DNA of 64,000 nucleotides. It comes from Planctomycetota bacterium. Its GTDB lineage: Bacteria > Planctomycetota > SZUA-567 > H5-PLA8. The DNA lies in the NCBI GenBank assembly GCA_038227875.1, contig JBBRPR010000014.1, positions 64,001 to 128,000 on the forward strand. The letters run 5' to 3'. Positions 20,456 through 30,978 of the stretch are shown piece after piece. The translations under genes and the position numbers were made by a program. How positions within the stretch are numbered: the first letter of the stretch is position 1; every line of letters starts with the position of its first letter. The notes beneath the pieces are model-generated. The model was given only the letters and a program-made list of their open reading frames with translations. It was not told the origin of the DNA and did no database searches.

Positions 20456-20925
20456 ACGGCGCGCCGGACACGCTGGTGGTTGGCATCGGCAACGGATTTC
20501 GCGGCGATGATGCAGCCGGTCTGCTGGCGGCGCGGTTGCTCGCCCCCGGAGCGCCGGACGGCACGCGGGTGATCGAACACAACGGCGATGGCATGCTGCT
20601 GATGTCCGAATGGCAGCGTTTCCGGCGCGTGATCGTCATCGATGCGCTGCATGTCGCAGGCAATCCCGGCGAGATCCTGCGCTTTGATGCGAGTGAAAAA
20701 CCACTGGCGATCAAGGGCGGGCATTCGTCGACGCACGCGCTGAGTATTGGCGATACGATCGAGCTGGCGCGAACGCTGGGGGAACTTCCAGCGCAGATGA
20801 TCGTGTACGGGATCGTCGGAGCGACTTTTGAAATCGGCGCGGCTCCTACGGTTGCGGTCTCAGAGGCGGTGAAGGTGCTGGCCGCTCGCGTGCGCGAGGA
20901 ATTATTAGACGGAGGAAAAATTTGA
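20452..20925 (+). CDS. Hydrogenase maturation endopeptidase (HycI/HybD family)
   Basis: [26 protein letters not shown] overlap with the upstream stop. Confidence 0.9.
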   Translation: MNGAPDTLVVGIGNGFRGDDAAGLLAARLLAPGAPDGTRVIEHNGDGMLLMSEWQRFRRVIVIDALHVAGNPGEILRFDASEKPLAIKGGHSSTHALSIGDTIELARTLGELPAQMIVYGIVGATFEIGAAPTVAVSEAVKVLAARVREELLDGGKI

Positions 20926-21189
20926 ATGCATGAATTTTCACTGATCAACGATTTGATGCGCAAGATCGCGGCGATCGCCACGGAGCAGAAGGCCGAGAAG
21001 GTCACGAGCGTCACCGTGCGGTTGGGGGCGCTGGCGCATATTTCCGCCGACCATTTCCGCGAGCATTTTGTTCACGCCGCGCGGAATACCGTCGCCGATG
21101 GCGCGCAATTGAAAGTGCTGACGTCCACCGACGAGGCCGATCCGCGCGCGCAGGATATTCTTCTGGAGAGCGTGGACGTTGCGGACTGA
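20926..21189 (+). CDS. hypA: Short HypA nickel metallochaperone lacking the zinc finger
   Basis: N-terminal MHE, VTVRLGAL, TVADGAQL, ILLESVDV; no Cys residues; 87 aa. Confidence 0.8.
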   Translation: MHEFSLINDLMRKIAAIATEQKAEKVTSVTVRLGALAHISADHFREHFVHAARNTVADGAQLKVLTSTDEADPRAQDILLESVDVAD

Positions 21190-23458
21190 CGCGCCGGCCA
21201 CATCGACGCACGCTGAACGCCGCCGCATCAGCCTGACCGGCTGCGTGCAGGGCGTGGGTTTCCGTCCGTTTGTGTATCGTCTCGCGAAGCAACTGATGCT
21301 GAGCGGCTGGGTGAACAACACGCCGCAGGGCGTCGAGATCGAAATTGAAGGCGCGGCTGGGACGATCGATCTGTTTGAGAAACAACTTCAGGGCGAGGCG
21401 CCGGTGCACGCGCGGATTCACACGCTGAACAGTCAGCGCGTCGCGCCGCTTGGCGTTGTGGGGTTTGAAATTCGGGAAAGTGCGGCATCGGGAGTAATCG
21501 GCACCATTCCGCCTGACCTCGCCGTCTGTGCGGAGTGCGCGCGTGAGATTTTTGAGCCGCAGAATCGGCGCTATCGATATCCCTTCACCAATTGCACCCA
21601 CTGCGGGCCGCGCTTTTCGATATTGGAACGCGCGCCGTATGATCGCGCCAACACGTCGATGAAGTGTTTCGAGATGTGTGCGGCGTGTGCGGTGGAGTAC
21701 GGCGATCCGGCCGACCGACGATTTCATGCGCAGCCCAACGCGTGTCCGGCGTGCGGACCGCAGTTGCAGCTTTGGGACGCTGCCGGCCGCACTCTCGCGC
21801 AACGCGACGATGCGCTGAATGCAGCGGCGGCCGCGATCCAGGCGGGAAAAATCGTCGCGGTGAAGGGCATCGGTGGCTTTCAGTTGATGGTCGATGCCCG
21901 CTCGGATTCCGCGATCGCCCGCTTGCGGGAGCGGAAGCACCGCGACGCGAAGCCTTTCGCGCTGATGTTTCCGTTGCTTGATGCGATACGCGTGGAATGT
22001 GAGGTCGATACCCTTGAGGCTGAACTGCTGACCTCGGCGGCAGCGCCGATCGTGATTTTGCAGCGCAGTGCCGCTTCGCGGTTGCCGGAAATTTTAGCGC
22101 CGCGCCATCCGACGCTGGGCGCGATGCTTCCGTATTCGCCGCTTCATATCTTACTGCTCGATGCGCTGAAGGCGCCGGTCGTAGCCACGAGCGGCAATGT
22201 TTCCGACGAGCCGATTTGCATTGATGAACACGAGGCGCTGCGAAGGCTGGCGGGTCTCGCGGACTTATTTCTCGTTCACGACCGGCCGATTGTCCGTGCG
22301 GTGGACGACTCGGTGGTGCGCGTGTTTGCGGGCCGAGAGATGATGCTCCGTCGCGCGCGCGGTTACGCGCCGCTGCCGATTCGCGTAGGCTTCACGCTGC
22401 CTGGCATCACTGCGTTTGGCGCGCATGTGAAGAACAGCGTGGCAATTTCGCGCGGCGATGAAGTGATCGTGAGTCAGCATGTCGGTGATCTGGAGACGGC
22501 TGAAGCGCGCGCCGCACTGGAAACTACGCTGCGCGACCTGCCGCGGCTGTTTGAACACGAAGCGGAGCTTAGCGCCGCGGATGTGCATCCGGATTACGCG
22601 TCGACGCGGTTGGCGCTGCGCACCGGCGCGCCGGTGCTCGTGCAGCATCATTACGCGCACGTTCTTTCGTGCATGGCGGAGAACGAACTACAGGCGCCGG
22701 TGCTCGGCGTGGCCTGGGACGGCGCGGGATTGGGCCTCGACGGCGCAAGTTGGGGCGGGGAATTTCTCGCTATTAATGCCAGCGGTTTCGAGCGCGTCGC
22801 GCACTTGCGTCCGTTTCTGCTTCCCGGTGGTGATGCGGCCGCACGCGAGCCACGCCGCACTGCGCTGGGCGTGCTGTATGAGATTTTTGGCACTGAGGTG
22901 TTTGAGCGGACGGAGCTCGCACCCGTTCAAGCATTCAGCGCCCACGAACGAATGCAGTTGCTGACGGTGTTGTCCAGAAAAGTAAACACGCACGAAACCA
23001 CGAGCATTGGGCGGCTCTGCGACGCGGTGGCTGCGCTGCTGAAACTTTGCCCAGTCTCCTCGTTCGAAGGTCAGGCGGCGATGCTGCTCGAATTTGCCAT
23101 CGGCGAGGTTGCGACCGACGCGAGTTACGCGATGCCGCTGCGCGGTACGATCGTCGATTGGGAACCGGCGGTGCGGGAGATTCTCGCGGATCTGAGCGAT
23201 CACGTCTCTGTCGCGTTGATCGCGGCAAAATTTCACAACGCGCTGGTGGAAGCAATTATTTCGGTTGCGCGAGCCAGCGGGCAAAGCGCGGTTGCGTTGA
23301 GCGGCGGTTGCTTTCAAAACAAGTACCTGACAGAACGCGCTGTGGCGCGCTTGCGTGCATCCGGGTTCACGCCGTACTGGCATCGGCGGGTGCCACCCAA
23401 CGATGGCGGCATCGCCTTGGGTCAGATTCTCGCGGCCGCGCGGTCGCTGGAGACTTAA
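21179..23458 (+). CDS. hypF: Carbamoyltransferase HypF
   Basis: VQGVGFRPF, CxxC zinc fingers, KGIGGF, HDRPI, DVHPDY, QHHYAH, PPNDGGIALGQ. Confidence 0.95.
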   Translation: MRTDAPATSTHAERRRISLTGCVQGVGFRPFVYRLAKQLMLSGWVNNTPQGVEIEIEGAAGTIDLFEKQLQGEAPVHARIHTLNSQRVAPLGVVGFEIRESAASGVIGTIPPDLAVCAECAREIFEPQNRRYRYPFTNCTHCGPRFSILERAPYDRANTSMKCFEMCAACAVEYGDPADRRFHAQPNACPACGPQLQLWDAAGRTLAQRDDALNAAAAAIQAGKIVAVKGIGGFQLMVDARSDSAIARLRERKHRDAKPFALMFPLLDAIRVECEVDTLEAELLTSAAAPIVILQRSAASRLPEILAPRHPTLGAMLPYSPLHILLLDALKAPVVATSGNVSDEPICIDEHEALRRLAGLADLFLVHDRPIVRAVDDSVVRVFAGREMMLRRARGYAPLPIRVGFTLPGITAFGAHVKNSVAISRGDEVIVSQHVGDLETAEARAALETTLRDLPRLFEHEAELSAADVHPDYASTRLALRTGAPVLVQHHYAHVLSCMAENELQAPVLGVAWDGAGLGLDGASWGGEFLAINASGFERVAHLRPFLLPGGDAAAREPRRTALGVLYEIFGTEVFERTELAPVQAFSAHERMQLLTVLSRKVNTHETTSIGRLCDAVAALLKLCPVSSFEGQAAMLLEFAIGEVATDASYAMPLRGTIVDWEPAVREILADLSDHVSVALIAAKFHNALVEAIISVARASGQSAVALSGGCFQNKYLTERAVARLRASGFTPYWHRRVPPNDGGIALGQILAAARSLET

Positions 23459-23460
23459 AA

Positions 23461-23715
23461 ATGTGCCTCGCCATTCCCGGGCAGATCCACAGCGTCTCCG
23501 GCGACGATCCGCTGACGCGATTGGGTAAAGTGTCGTTTGGCGGCATCGTCAAAGAGATCAATCTCGCTTTCGTGCCGGAAGCGAACGTGGGCGATTTCGT
23601 GCTGGTCCACGTCGGCTTTGCGATCTCGCGCATCGACGAAGCCGAAGCGCGCCGCACCTTTGAGTATTTGAAGCAGGCCGGGGAAGCCGAGGAGCTTCAG
23701 GCGGATGATTCATGA
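23461..23715 (+). CDS. hypC: Hydrogenase chaperone HypC
   Basis: [20 protein letters not shown]; start at ATG 23461. Confidence 0.95.
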   Translation: MCLAIPGQIHSVSGDDPLTRLGKVSFGGIVKEINLAFVPEANVGDFVLVHVGFAISRIDEAEARRTFEYLKQAGEAEELQADDS

Positions 23716-24818
23716 AGTACCTCGACGAATTCCGCGACCAGGCTGCGATCGAAGCGTGCGCGAAAGCGATTCGCGCCGTGGTGCGGCAGCCGTGGACGAT
23801 CATGGAAGTCTGCGGCGGCCAGACGCACAGCATCGTCAAGCACGGGCTCGACCGACTGCTGCCGGAATCCGTGACGCTGGTGCACGGTCCGGGTTGTCCG
23901 GTCTGCGTGACGCCGGTGGGCATCATCGACAAGGCGCTGGATTTGGCGGCGCGCAAAGATGTGATTTTCTGTTCGTTCGGCGACATGCTCCGCGTGCCCG
24001 GTACGCGCGGCGATTTGTTCTCGGTCAAAGCGGGCGGTGGTGACGTGCGGATGGTCTATTCGCCGATGGACGCGTTGGCGCTGGCGAAACGGCAGCCGGA
24101 AAAGGAGATCGTTTTCTTCGCCGTGGGTTTCGAAACGACCGCGCCGGCCAACGCGATGGCCGCGTATCAGGCGCGCCAGCAGAACGTTCGCAACTTTTCG
24201 CTGCTGGTGTCGCACGTGCTGGTGCCGCCAGCGATGGAAGCGATCTTGAGCGCCCCGAAAAATCGCGTGCAGGGATTTCTCGCGCCGGGGCATGTCTGCG
24301 CCATTGTCGGGTATGCGGAGTACGAAGAACTGGCGCGGCGCTTCCGCGTTCCCATCGTCGTCACGGGATTCGAGCCGGTCGATATTCTGCAGGGAATATT
24401 GCTGTGTCTGACGCAACTCGAAGAGAGTCGCAGCGTCGTTGAGAATCAGTACACGCGTTTTGTGCGTCGCGATGGCAATGAGACGGCGTTGCGGTTGCTG
24501 CGCGAGGTCTTCACGGTCGTGCCGCGAAAGTGGCGCGGCGTGGGTGAGATTTCCGCGAGCGGACTGGCACTGTCCGATGCATTTGCGGACTTCGACGCCG
24601 AGAAGCGCTTCGGACTTTCGCCGAACTCCGCCGACGAATCGACGGAGTGCATCAGCGGGGAAATTCTGCAGGGGTTGAAGAAGCCGCCCGACTGCCCTGC
24701 ATTCGGTTCGCGTTGCACGCCCGATCAGCCGCTTGGCGCGACGATGGTCTCTTCGGAAGGCGCCTGCGCGGCGTATTTTCGCTACAGGCGGTTTCAGCAG
24801 CAGAGGGCCGATGCGTGA
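23712..24818 (+). CDS. hypD: Hydrogenase formation protein HypD
   Basis: [33 protein letters not shown]. Confidence 0.95.
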   Translation: MKYLDEFRDQAAIEACAKAIRAVVRQPWTIMEVCGGQTHSIVKHGLDRLLPESVTLVHGPGCPVCVTPVGIIDKALDLAARKDVIFCSFGDMLRVPGTRGDLFSVKAGGGDVRMVYSPMDALALAKRQPEKEIVFFAVGFETTAPANAMAAYQARQQNVRNFSLLVSHVLVPPAMEAILSAPKNRVQGFLAPGHVCAIVGYAEYEELARRFRVPIVVTGFEPVDILQGILLCLTQLEESRSVVENQYTRFVRRDGNETALRLLREVFTVVPRKWRGVGEISASGLALSDAFADFDAEKRFGLSPNSADESTECISGEILQGLKKPPDCPAFGSRCTPDQPLGATMVSSEGACAAYFRYRRFQQQRADA

Positions 24819-25867
24819 CCACACCCGACGTACCGTTCGGCTCATGCCCGCTGCCGCACTCCAACGCCTCGTCGATCATGCTCGGGCATGGCGGCGGCGG
24901 CACCCTGACGCAGTCGCTAATCGAAACCGTGTTTCTTCCAGCGTTCGCGAACTCTGCGCTTTCAGCGCGGCATGACAGCGCAGTGCTGGAAGTTAACGGC
25001 CAGCGCCTTGCGTTCACCACCGATTCGTATGTGGTCCGGCCGCTGTTTTTTCCCGGCGGCGACATTGGCAAACTCGCCGTCACGGGCACGATCAACGATC
25101 TGGCGATGGCCGGCGCGCGGCCGCTGTACTTGAGTGCCGGGTTCATCATCGAAGAAGGCTTCGCCAAATCCGATCTCGCGAAAATCGTGGCGTCGATGCA
25201 GGCTGCCGCGACTGAAGCCGGCGTGCAGATCGTGACCGGCGACACAAAGGTCGTCGACAAGGGCAAAGGCGACGGAGTGTTCATCAACACGGCGGGAATT
25301 GGCGTGATCGAAACGCCGCTGACGATTGCGCCCGGCAGCGCCAGGGCGGGGGATGCGATCATTCTCAGCGGGGACATCGGCCGTCACGGCATCGCGATCA
25401 TGGCGGTGCGCGAGGGGCTCGAATTCGAGAGCACCATCGAAAGCGATTGCGCTTCGTTGCACGCTCCGGTGGCGGCGTTGTTGCGCGCAGGCGTGGACGT
25501 GCATTGTCTTCGCGACCTGACGCGCGGCGGCCTGGCGTCGGCGCTCAACGAGATCGCACAAGCTGCGGCGGTGGGCGTGGAGATCACGGAGCGGGAAATC
25601 CCTGTCGATACACAAGTTCGCGGTGCCTGCGAGATTCTCGGGCTCGATCCGCTTTATGTCGCCAACGAAGGACGCTTCGTCGCCTTCGTGGCGGCTGGAG
25701 ATGCGGAGCGTGCAGTGAAAATTCTGCGCGGCGAACCGGTCAGCTTTGACGCACGAATGATTGGACAGACTGTTACCGGCACGGCGCAAGTTGTCCTGCG
25801 CACGGCGATCGGGGGGAATCGTGTCGTCGACATGCTCAGCGGCGAGCAACTTCCGAGAATCTGTTAG
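24815..25867 (+). CDS. hypE: Carbamoyl dehydratase HypE
   Basis: [30 protein letters not shown]-terminal LPRIC; GTG start overlapping the hypD stop. Confidence 0.95.
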   Translation: MTTPDVPFGSCPLPHSNASSIMLGHGGGGTLTQSLIETVFLPAFANSALSARHDSAVLEVNGQRLAFTTDSYVVRPLFFPGGDIGKLAVTGTINDLAMAGARPLYLSAGFIIEEGFAKSDLAKIVASMQAAATEAGVQIVTGDTKVVDKGKGDGVFINTAGIGVIETPLTIAPGSARAGDAIILSGDIGRHGIAIMAVREGLEFESTIESDCASLHAPVAALLRAGVDVHCLRDLTRGGLASALNEIAQAAAVGVEITEREIPVDTQVRGACEILGLDPLYVANEGRFVAFVAAGDAERAVKILRGEPVSFDARMIGQTVTGTAQVVLRTAIGGNRVVDMLSGEQLPRIC

Positions 25868-25873
25868 GCGCCG

Positions 25874-26977
25874 TCAATCGCCCAGGCAGATTCCGAGCTC
25901 GCGGGCGGTCAGCACGGTGTCGGAATTGACGTCGACGCACTTTCGTCCTCCGATGGTGGACTCCAGAGATGTCGATGTCATCCCGGGCGGCTGGAATGAA
26001 ACCATCTGCCCCCAGCGTCCGGCTTCCGCCAGCCGCACGGCAGCCGTGCCGTAGCGGAGGCCCAGGAGCCGGTCGTAGGTCGTCGGAGATCCACCCCGCT
26101 GGATGTGGCCCAGGACCAGAGCGCGCGTGTCGGCGCCGGTGCGTTGTTCGATCTGCGTGGCGACGTACTGACCTGCTCCGCCCAGCAGTGGTTCGTGGCC
26201 CTTGACGGTTTTCTTCTGCAGAATTTCCGCCCCTTCGCGTTCCCGGGCGCCTTCCGCAACGACCACGATGGCCGAGGCTCGTCCGGATTTGCGCCGTTCG
26301 TTGAGAAACGCGGCGACGTTTTTCATCGTGTAAGGAATTTCGGGAATCAAAATCACATCGGCGGAAGCGGAGATGCCCGCGTGGAGCGCGATCCAGCCGG
26401 CGTGGCGGCCCATGACCTCAATGACCATGGTGCGGCCGTGCGCCTGGGCGGTGGTCTGCAGCTTGTCGATGCAATCCGTCGCGGTGGCGACGGCGGTATC
26501 GAAGCCAAACGTCCGCTCGGTGCCGAGCAGATCGTTGTCGATGGTTTTGGGAACGCCGATCACCTGCACACCCATGCGGTACAAACGGTAGGCGATGCTC
26601 ATGGATCCGTCGCCACCGATGGCGATCACGCCATCGATCTTCTGACGCTTGAGTTCGCTCACGACAATTTCCGCGGCAAGGGCCCGCCGCGTGGAGCCAG
26701 GAAAGTGTGTGCGGAACTCAAAGGGATTGGCGCAATTGGTGGTGCCCAGGATTGTACCGCCGAGACCCGCGATGCTGCGTACAGTCTCGCGAACCAGCGG
26801 AATGCACGGTTCGCCGGCAATGATTCCGCAATAGCCGTCGCGAATGCCAACCACTTCCAAACCGCGATTGAGCGCGGATTGCGTTGCGGCGCGGATCACT
26901 GCGTTCAGTCCGGGTGCATCGCCGCCGCCCGTGGTGAGGGCCAGACGCTTCAAGGGGTGTCGTGACGTTTGGGACAT
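25874..26977 (-). CDS. pfkA: 6-phosphofructokinase (PfkA family, probably ATP-dependent)
   Basis: TGGGDAPGLNA, GGTILGT, IGGDGS, PKTIDND, EVMGR, LGHIQRGG. Confidence 0.9.
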   Translation of the reverse strand: MSQTSRHPLKRLALTTGGGDAPGLNAVIRAATQSALNRGLEVVGIRDGYCGIIAGEPCIPLVRETVRSIAGLGGTILGTTNCANPFEFRTHFPGSTRRALAAEIVVSELKRQKIDGVIAIGGDGSMSIAYRLYRMGVQVIGVPKTIDNDLLGTERTFGFDTAVATATDCIDKLQTTAQAHGRTMVIEVMGRHAGWIALHAGISASADVILIPEIPYTMKNVAAFLNERRKSGRASAIVVVAEGAREREGAEILQKKTVKGHEPLLGGAGQYVATQIEQRTGADTRALVLGHIQRGGSPTTYDRLLGLRYGTAAVRLAEAGRWGQMVSFQPPGMTSTSLESTIGGRKCVDVNSDTVLTARELGICLGD

Positions 26978-27223
26978 AGGGTTGCTTTCTTCTGCCTGGG
27001 TTCATGAATGGGCACAATTACTTCCGCCACATGGGGCTAAGTGCGCACAGTAAGGGCCATTGCGGACGCGTGCGTGCGCATCGGCTGTCATCCCTGCAAA
27101 GCATTCAAGCGGACGATATTAAGGCGCGGGGCGAGGGGTTTATTTTGAACGTGAGAAGTCGTGCGTCTCTCATGCTTGAGAAGGCTATTCCCAAGGACGC
27201 GAAGTCTGGATGGGGTGCGATGG

Positions 27224-28216
27224 TTATGGCCCAGGGACCGTTGCGCAGGATGGCTGGTCGACGGTTGCAACGGCGGCGGTCGGGTGTGAAGGCGCGGTGT
27301 TGGTCTTCAACCGTTCTTGACGCTGCCACCATCCGGCCAGCCCAATCAGACCCAAGCCCAGGGCGCTGAGTGCAAACGGAAATATCGCAGGGTTGTCGGT
27401 AAGCCGGTAGCAGAGGTAGACCAGGTAACCGCAGGCGCCGAGACTTCCAAACACGCCAAAGGCCCGTCGACGGATTACAAAGGCCAGCGCAATCAGTCCG
27501 AGATTCAATGTGAAGTAAATCAAGCGATTGCGTTCGTTCTCACCGTCACCGAGCGACAGGGCCACCCAGAACGAGAGTAGTCCAAAGAGATCCAACCAGA
27601 ATCCGTAGTCGGCCCATCCCCGCCGGTCGGCGAAACGCGAAATTCCAAGGAGCACCACGCCGAAGGTCATCGACACCTGCAGCGCCTGCTCCCATGAGAG
27701 ATTGTCCTGGCCCAGTGCGAGCGCCACGAGATCCTGCGCGAGCATCCAAAGTCCCAACGTGAGCGGAAACGTGAGAAATGGAAAGCGGATTCGATGGAGC
27801 GCCACGCTGCTGGCTGCGATCAGCGCCAGTTCCATCAGTATCCAGCTCGTCCGTGCTTCGCGGTGGTACGCGGCGTAACTTCCCAGATTGGTTTGAGGCC
27901 ACAAACCGGTCAGGCGCTCAATGGCGTGGATGGAGACTGGAACAATGCAGACGGCCAGCGTGCAAAGGAGTCCGCCATGAACGCGCGCATGTCCGCGCTG
28001 CAGCAGCCGAAGCCCCAGCCAGAGCAGTCCGCAAATTTGAAGCAGTGACAGCACCAATTGCGCAGTCGCACTGAGTTGCCTGCCCAGCGTATCGGAGAGA
28101 CTCCACCCGTTTGCCCCGATGATGATGACTGCGCCAAGGTAGTAGCCAATCGGCGGAAATTTCCACGTTCCAGAGTCGATGTCCTTGGTATGCAGTTCCA
28201 TAAATCTCCCATTCAC
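27224..28216 (-). CDS. Multi-pass membrane protein (DUF2157-like)
   Basis: About 10 hydrophobic segments; YYLGA..IGA, RFPFL, DYGFWL..FG, RRAF.VFG. Confidence 0.6.
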   Translation of the reverse strand: MNGRFMELHTKDIDSGTWKFPPIGYYLGAVIIIGANGWSLSDTLGRQLSATAQLVLSLLQICGLLWLGLRLLQRGHARVHGGLLCTLAVCIVPVSIHAIERLTGLWPQTNLGSYAAYHREARTSWILMELALIAASSVALHRIRFPFLTFPLTLGLWMLAQDLVALALGQDNLSWEQALQVSMTFGVVLLGISRFADRRGWADYGFWLDLFGLLSFWVALSLGDGENERNRLIYFTLNLGLIALAFVIRRRAFGVFGSLGACGYLVYLCYRLTDNPAIFPFALSALGLGLIGLAGWWQRQERLKTNTAPSHPTAAVATVDQPSCATVPGP

Positions 28217-28445
28217 TACATGATCATGAATAGGTCACAAATTCGGTGCCACTCGCCAACCGTATGGGGCGAGCGAAAAAGATGTCCGGTTTCACTCGAA
28301 ATACGTGTGTGTGTTGCAAGCAGAAGGAAGAAATTCAGCCAAGGAACGTTATTAAAATTGGGAGTGACATTGCATGAACTGCGAATTTAGGATGTAGACA
28401 TCCTCTTCTAAACTGCGTCCCGACAGGCGTTAGCAATATCGCGCA

Positions 28446-28462
28446 CTGGCATGGTGAATGCG
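28446..28462 (+). promoter_or_regulatory. Candidate sigma54 promoter of the HEAT/secreted/YiiX operon
   Basis: CTGGCATGGTGAATGCG: GG-N10-GC about 38 bp upstream of ATG 28499. Confidence 0.45.
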
Positions 28463-28498
28463 TTTTGGTCGAACAACACTTGTGCCGGAGATGGCACC

Positions 28499-29767
28499 AT
28501 GCGTCGACTTAAGTATGGATTGATGATTGGATTCGCTGCAATTCTAGCAGTCGGAATTGCCGAGCGGCTGAACAGCAGGCCGCTGGAGACGTCAAAGTCG
28601 ACGTGGTCGCAGAAATTAAAAGACGCCGCACAAAATAAACTGCAGCAGCACCTGCGTGAACGTGCGGAGAACGCGAACTTCGCCACGAGCATGAACACCG
28701 CGGAAATGATCGCGGGACTATTTGATGAACGGGTCGAGGCCACCGAGCGCTACCGACACGCTTATCGGCTGGCCAAGTCCGGAAGCCCGGAAGCCATCGA
28801 GGCCCTCAAGCGCTATTTTAAACAGGCGAGTTCCAGCGAGAAGGCGGCCATCGCACAATTGATGGGTGCCTGGGGCAACGCAGAGCACAAGCCGTGGCTC
28901 TGGCCGTTGCTGGAGGATCCGGAACTCGACGTGCGCCTCGGCGCCATCCGGGCCTTGAGTTCGATCGGCGGTGACGATGTGGTCGAAAGGTGGGACCGCG
29001 CGATTCGAGGCGACCAAGCTTCGGATGCGGAAAAGGTGGCGATGATCGAGGGCCTGGGCACGATCCGATCGCCTTTCGCTTACCGAGTTGTGATGGCGCA
29101 GATCAACGCCCGAAGCGATGTCCGGTTCACTTCCGCATTGCTCGACAGCCTCTCGCGATTTCCCTTTACGCCGGAGACCGAACAGTACTTTAGAAACTGG
29201 GATGCGGCAGCAGGCACGCCGTTGGAGCAGCGTGTGGCCGCGATGACAAGTCTGGCGCATTCCGACGAACGCGCCGTTCCGTTCCTGCTGGATACCGCGC
29301 GTACCAGCACGCAATGGGCCGTGCGAGCGGAAGCCGCGTGGGCGCTGAGCGCGCAGACTGTTCCGCATCTCGCGGATTCGCTGGTGGAACTGGCGGCCAG
29401 CGAGCGCAATGAAATTGTGCGCCGCCGTCTGCTTGAAGCAATCGTGCCGCAGACCGATACACCGATCGAGCCGTTGTACGGAATTCTTGTCCACGAGGAA
29501 GACGAGGCGGTGCGCGTGGCGGTCTTCAATGCGCTGGGCGCGGCGGCCGGGCGCCAGCCGGATCAGGCGCAGCGTTTCGACGATGAAGCAGTTCCGGAGT
29601 TGTTGCGCCTGGCGGTCTCAGAAAATCCCGTCAATTTGCGCATGCGTGCGGTGTTCGCGTTGAGGAGGGCGCATACACCCGGCGCGCTGGAAGCCCTGGG
29701 CACGATTGCCGGGGTCAAGGACGAGCGGGTGGCCATCGCCGCCGCGCATGGATTAAGTCCAGACTAA
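28499..29767 (+). CDS. Membrane-anchored or secreted HEAT repeat protein
   Basis: N-terminal hydrophobic helix; LLEDPELDVRLGAIRAL, VRAEAAWAL, DEAVRVAVFNAL, LRMRAVFAL; GGAG RBS. Confidence 0.75.
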   Translation: MRRLKYGLMIGFAAILAVGIAERLNSRPLETSKSTWSQKLKDAAQNKLQQHLRERAENANFATSMNTAEMIAGLFDERVEATERYRHAYRLAKSGSPEAIEALKRYFKQASSSEKAAIAQLMGAWGNAEHKPWLWPLLEDPELDVRLGAIRALSSIGGDDVVERWDRAIRGDQASDAEKVAMIEGLGTIRSPFAYRVVMAQINARSDVRFTSALLDSLSRFPFTPETEQYFRNWDAAAGTPLEQRVAAMTSLAHSDERAVPFLLDTARTSTQWAVRAEAAWALSAQTVPHLADSLVELAASERNEIVRRRLLEAIVPQTDTPIEPLYGILVHEEDEAVRVAVFNALGAAAGRQPDQAQRFDDEAVPELLRLAVSENPVNLRMRAVFALRRAHTPGALEALGTIAGVKDERVAIAAAHGLSPD

Positions 29768-29785
29768 TTTGAAGGAGGCACGAAC

Positions 29786-30967
29786 ATGTCTACCACAAGT
29801 TTGAAAAACACAGTCGTTGCCCTGTTGCTCTGCGGTTGCATTTCAAGCATTCAGGCCGCGACCATCACGTGGAAGGTTTTGATTGGGCCCAAGAATGCCG
29901 GAACGGTCGCGTGGCAAACCAGTTCGCCCTCGGCCAGTGGCTCGCTGTCTGCGAGCGGCAAGATCACCTTCAACGCCGGTGCCTTCGTTGATTTGACCTT
30001 CAACGCCAATCCAGGCTTCACGCTGACCCTGGTCACGAAGAATGCCGACAACATCACCGCATCGTTGGACTCCAAGCATCATTTCCGGTTTGGACCGGTC
30101 GACAGTCCACACACCATCGGCGTGCTGTTCAGCGGCAGCGGCGGCGGAACCGGAAGTGTCGATGTGCCCACCGGCGCATTTGGTTTTGCGTTTCCGTCAT
30201 CAAGTTCCACGCTCGCGCCTGTGTTCGATATTTCCGGGAACTACAGCGGCGTGACGCCCACCGCCACCAAGCGAAACTACAATTTTGATGTGGCCATGGA
30301 TGAATTCGGAAAAGTGTCGACGATGGGCACGCTGACCGGCGTTACCAATGCCGACGGCAGCAGCCTGCTGTCAGCCGACATCGGCGCCATCAAGACTGTC
30401 GACAATAAGCCCACCAACTTCTTCAAAACGAAGTTCAAAGGCACTGCCGACGGCAAACCGGTGGCAGGCAGCGCGGACGGCAGCGGACCGGTGCCGACGA
30501 CAGTCACCAACGGTGTCGCGGTCGTGGCTGGAACCGGCAGCTATAAGGGAACGCTTGACGGTGTGAAGTACGCGAACGACAACGTTCCGGTTCAAGCGCC
30601 GCTCTCGGTGGTGCAGACGAAAAATCTGAGCAAGGCGTGGAACATCCAGATCAGCATTCTTAACGAAGCGACCGGATCCAAGAGCAAGCCGGTGGCGTCT
30701 GCGCAGCTGACACTGCCCAGCGGCGACGTCATTTCCTTTGCGAAGAAGACGGCGAAGTACTCGAGCACCAAGGGCTATTCGCTTTCTTTCAAGAGCGGCA
30801 CCAACATTTCCCGCAGCCCGGCCGCGAAGGACAAGTCCTCCGTGCAGATCACGGGCATGACGTTCAGTAAGAGTGGAACGACATGGACGGTGACTGGCGG
30901 GACCATCACGTACAAGTTCCTGGGCCAGAACGGCAGCGGAAACTTGAACGAGTTCTTGAAGAATTAG
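29786..30967 (+). CDS. Secreted Ser/Thr/Gly-rich beta-sheet protein of unknown function
   Basis: AGGAGG RBS, signal peptide, coding-like codon bias. Confidence 0.75.
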   Translation: MSTTSLKNTVVALLLCGCISSIQAATITWKVLIGPKNAGTVAWQTSSPSASGSLSASGKITFNAGAFVDLTFNANPGFTLTLVTKNADNITASLDSKHHFRFGPVDSPHTIGVLFSGSGGGTGSVDVPTGAFGFAFPSSSSTLAPVFDISGNYSGVTPTATKRNYNFDVAMDEFGKVSTMGTLTGVTNADGSSLLSADIGAIKTVDNKPTNFFKTKFKGTADGKPVAGSADGSGPVPTTVTNGVAVVAGTGSYKGTLDGVKYANDNVPVQAPLSVVQTKNLSKAWNIQISILNEATGSKSKPVASAQLTLPSGDVISFAKKTAKYSSTKGYSLSFKSGTNISRSPAAKDKSSVQITGMTFSKSGTTWTVTGGTITYKFLGQNGSGNLNEFLKN

Positions 30968-30978
30968 AAGGGTCGAGC

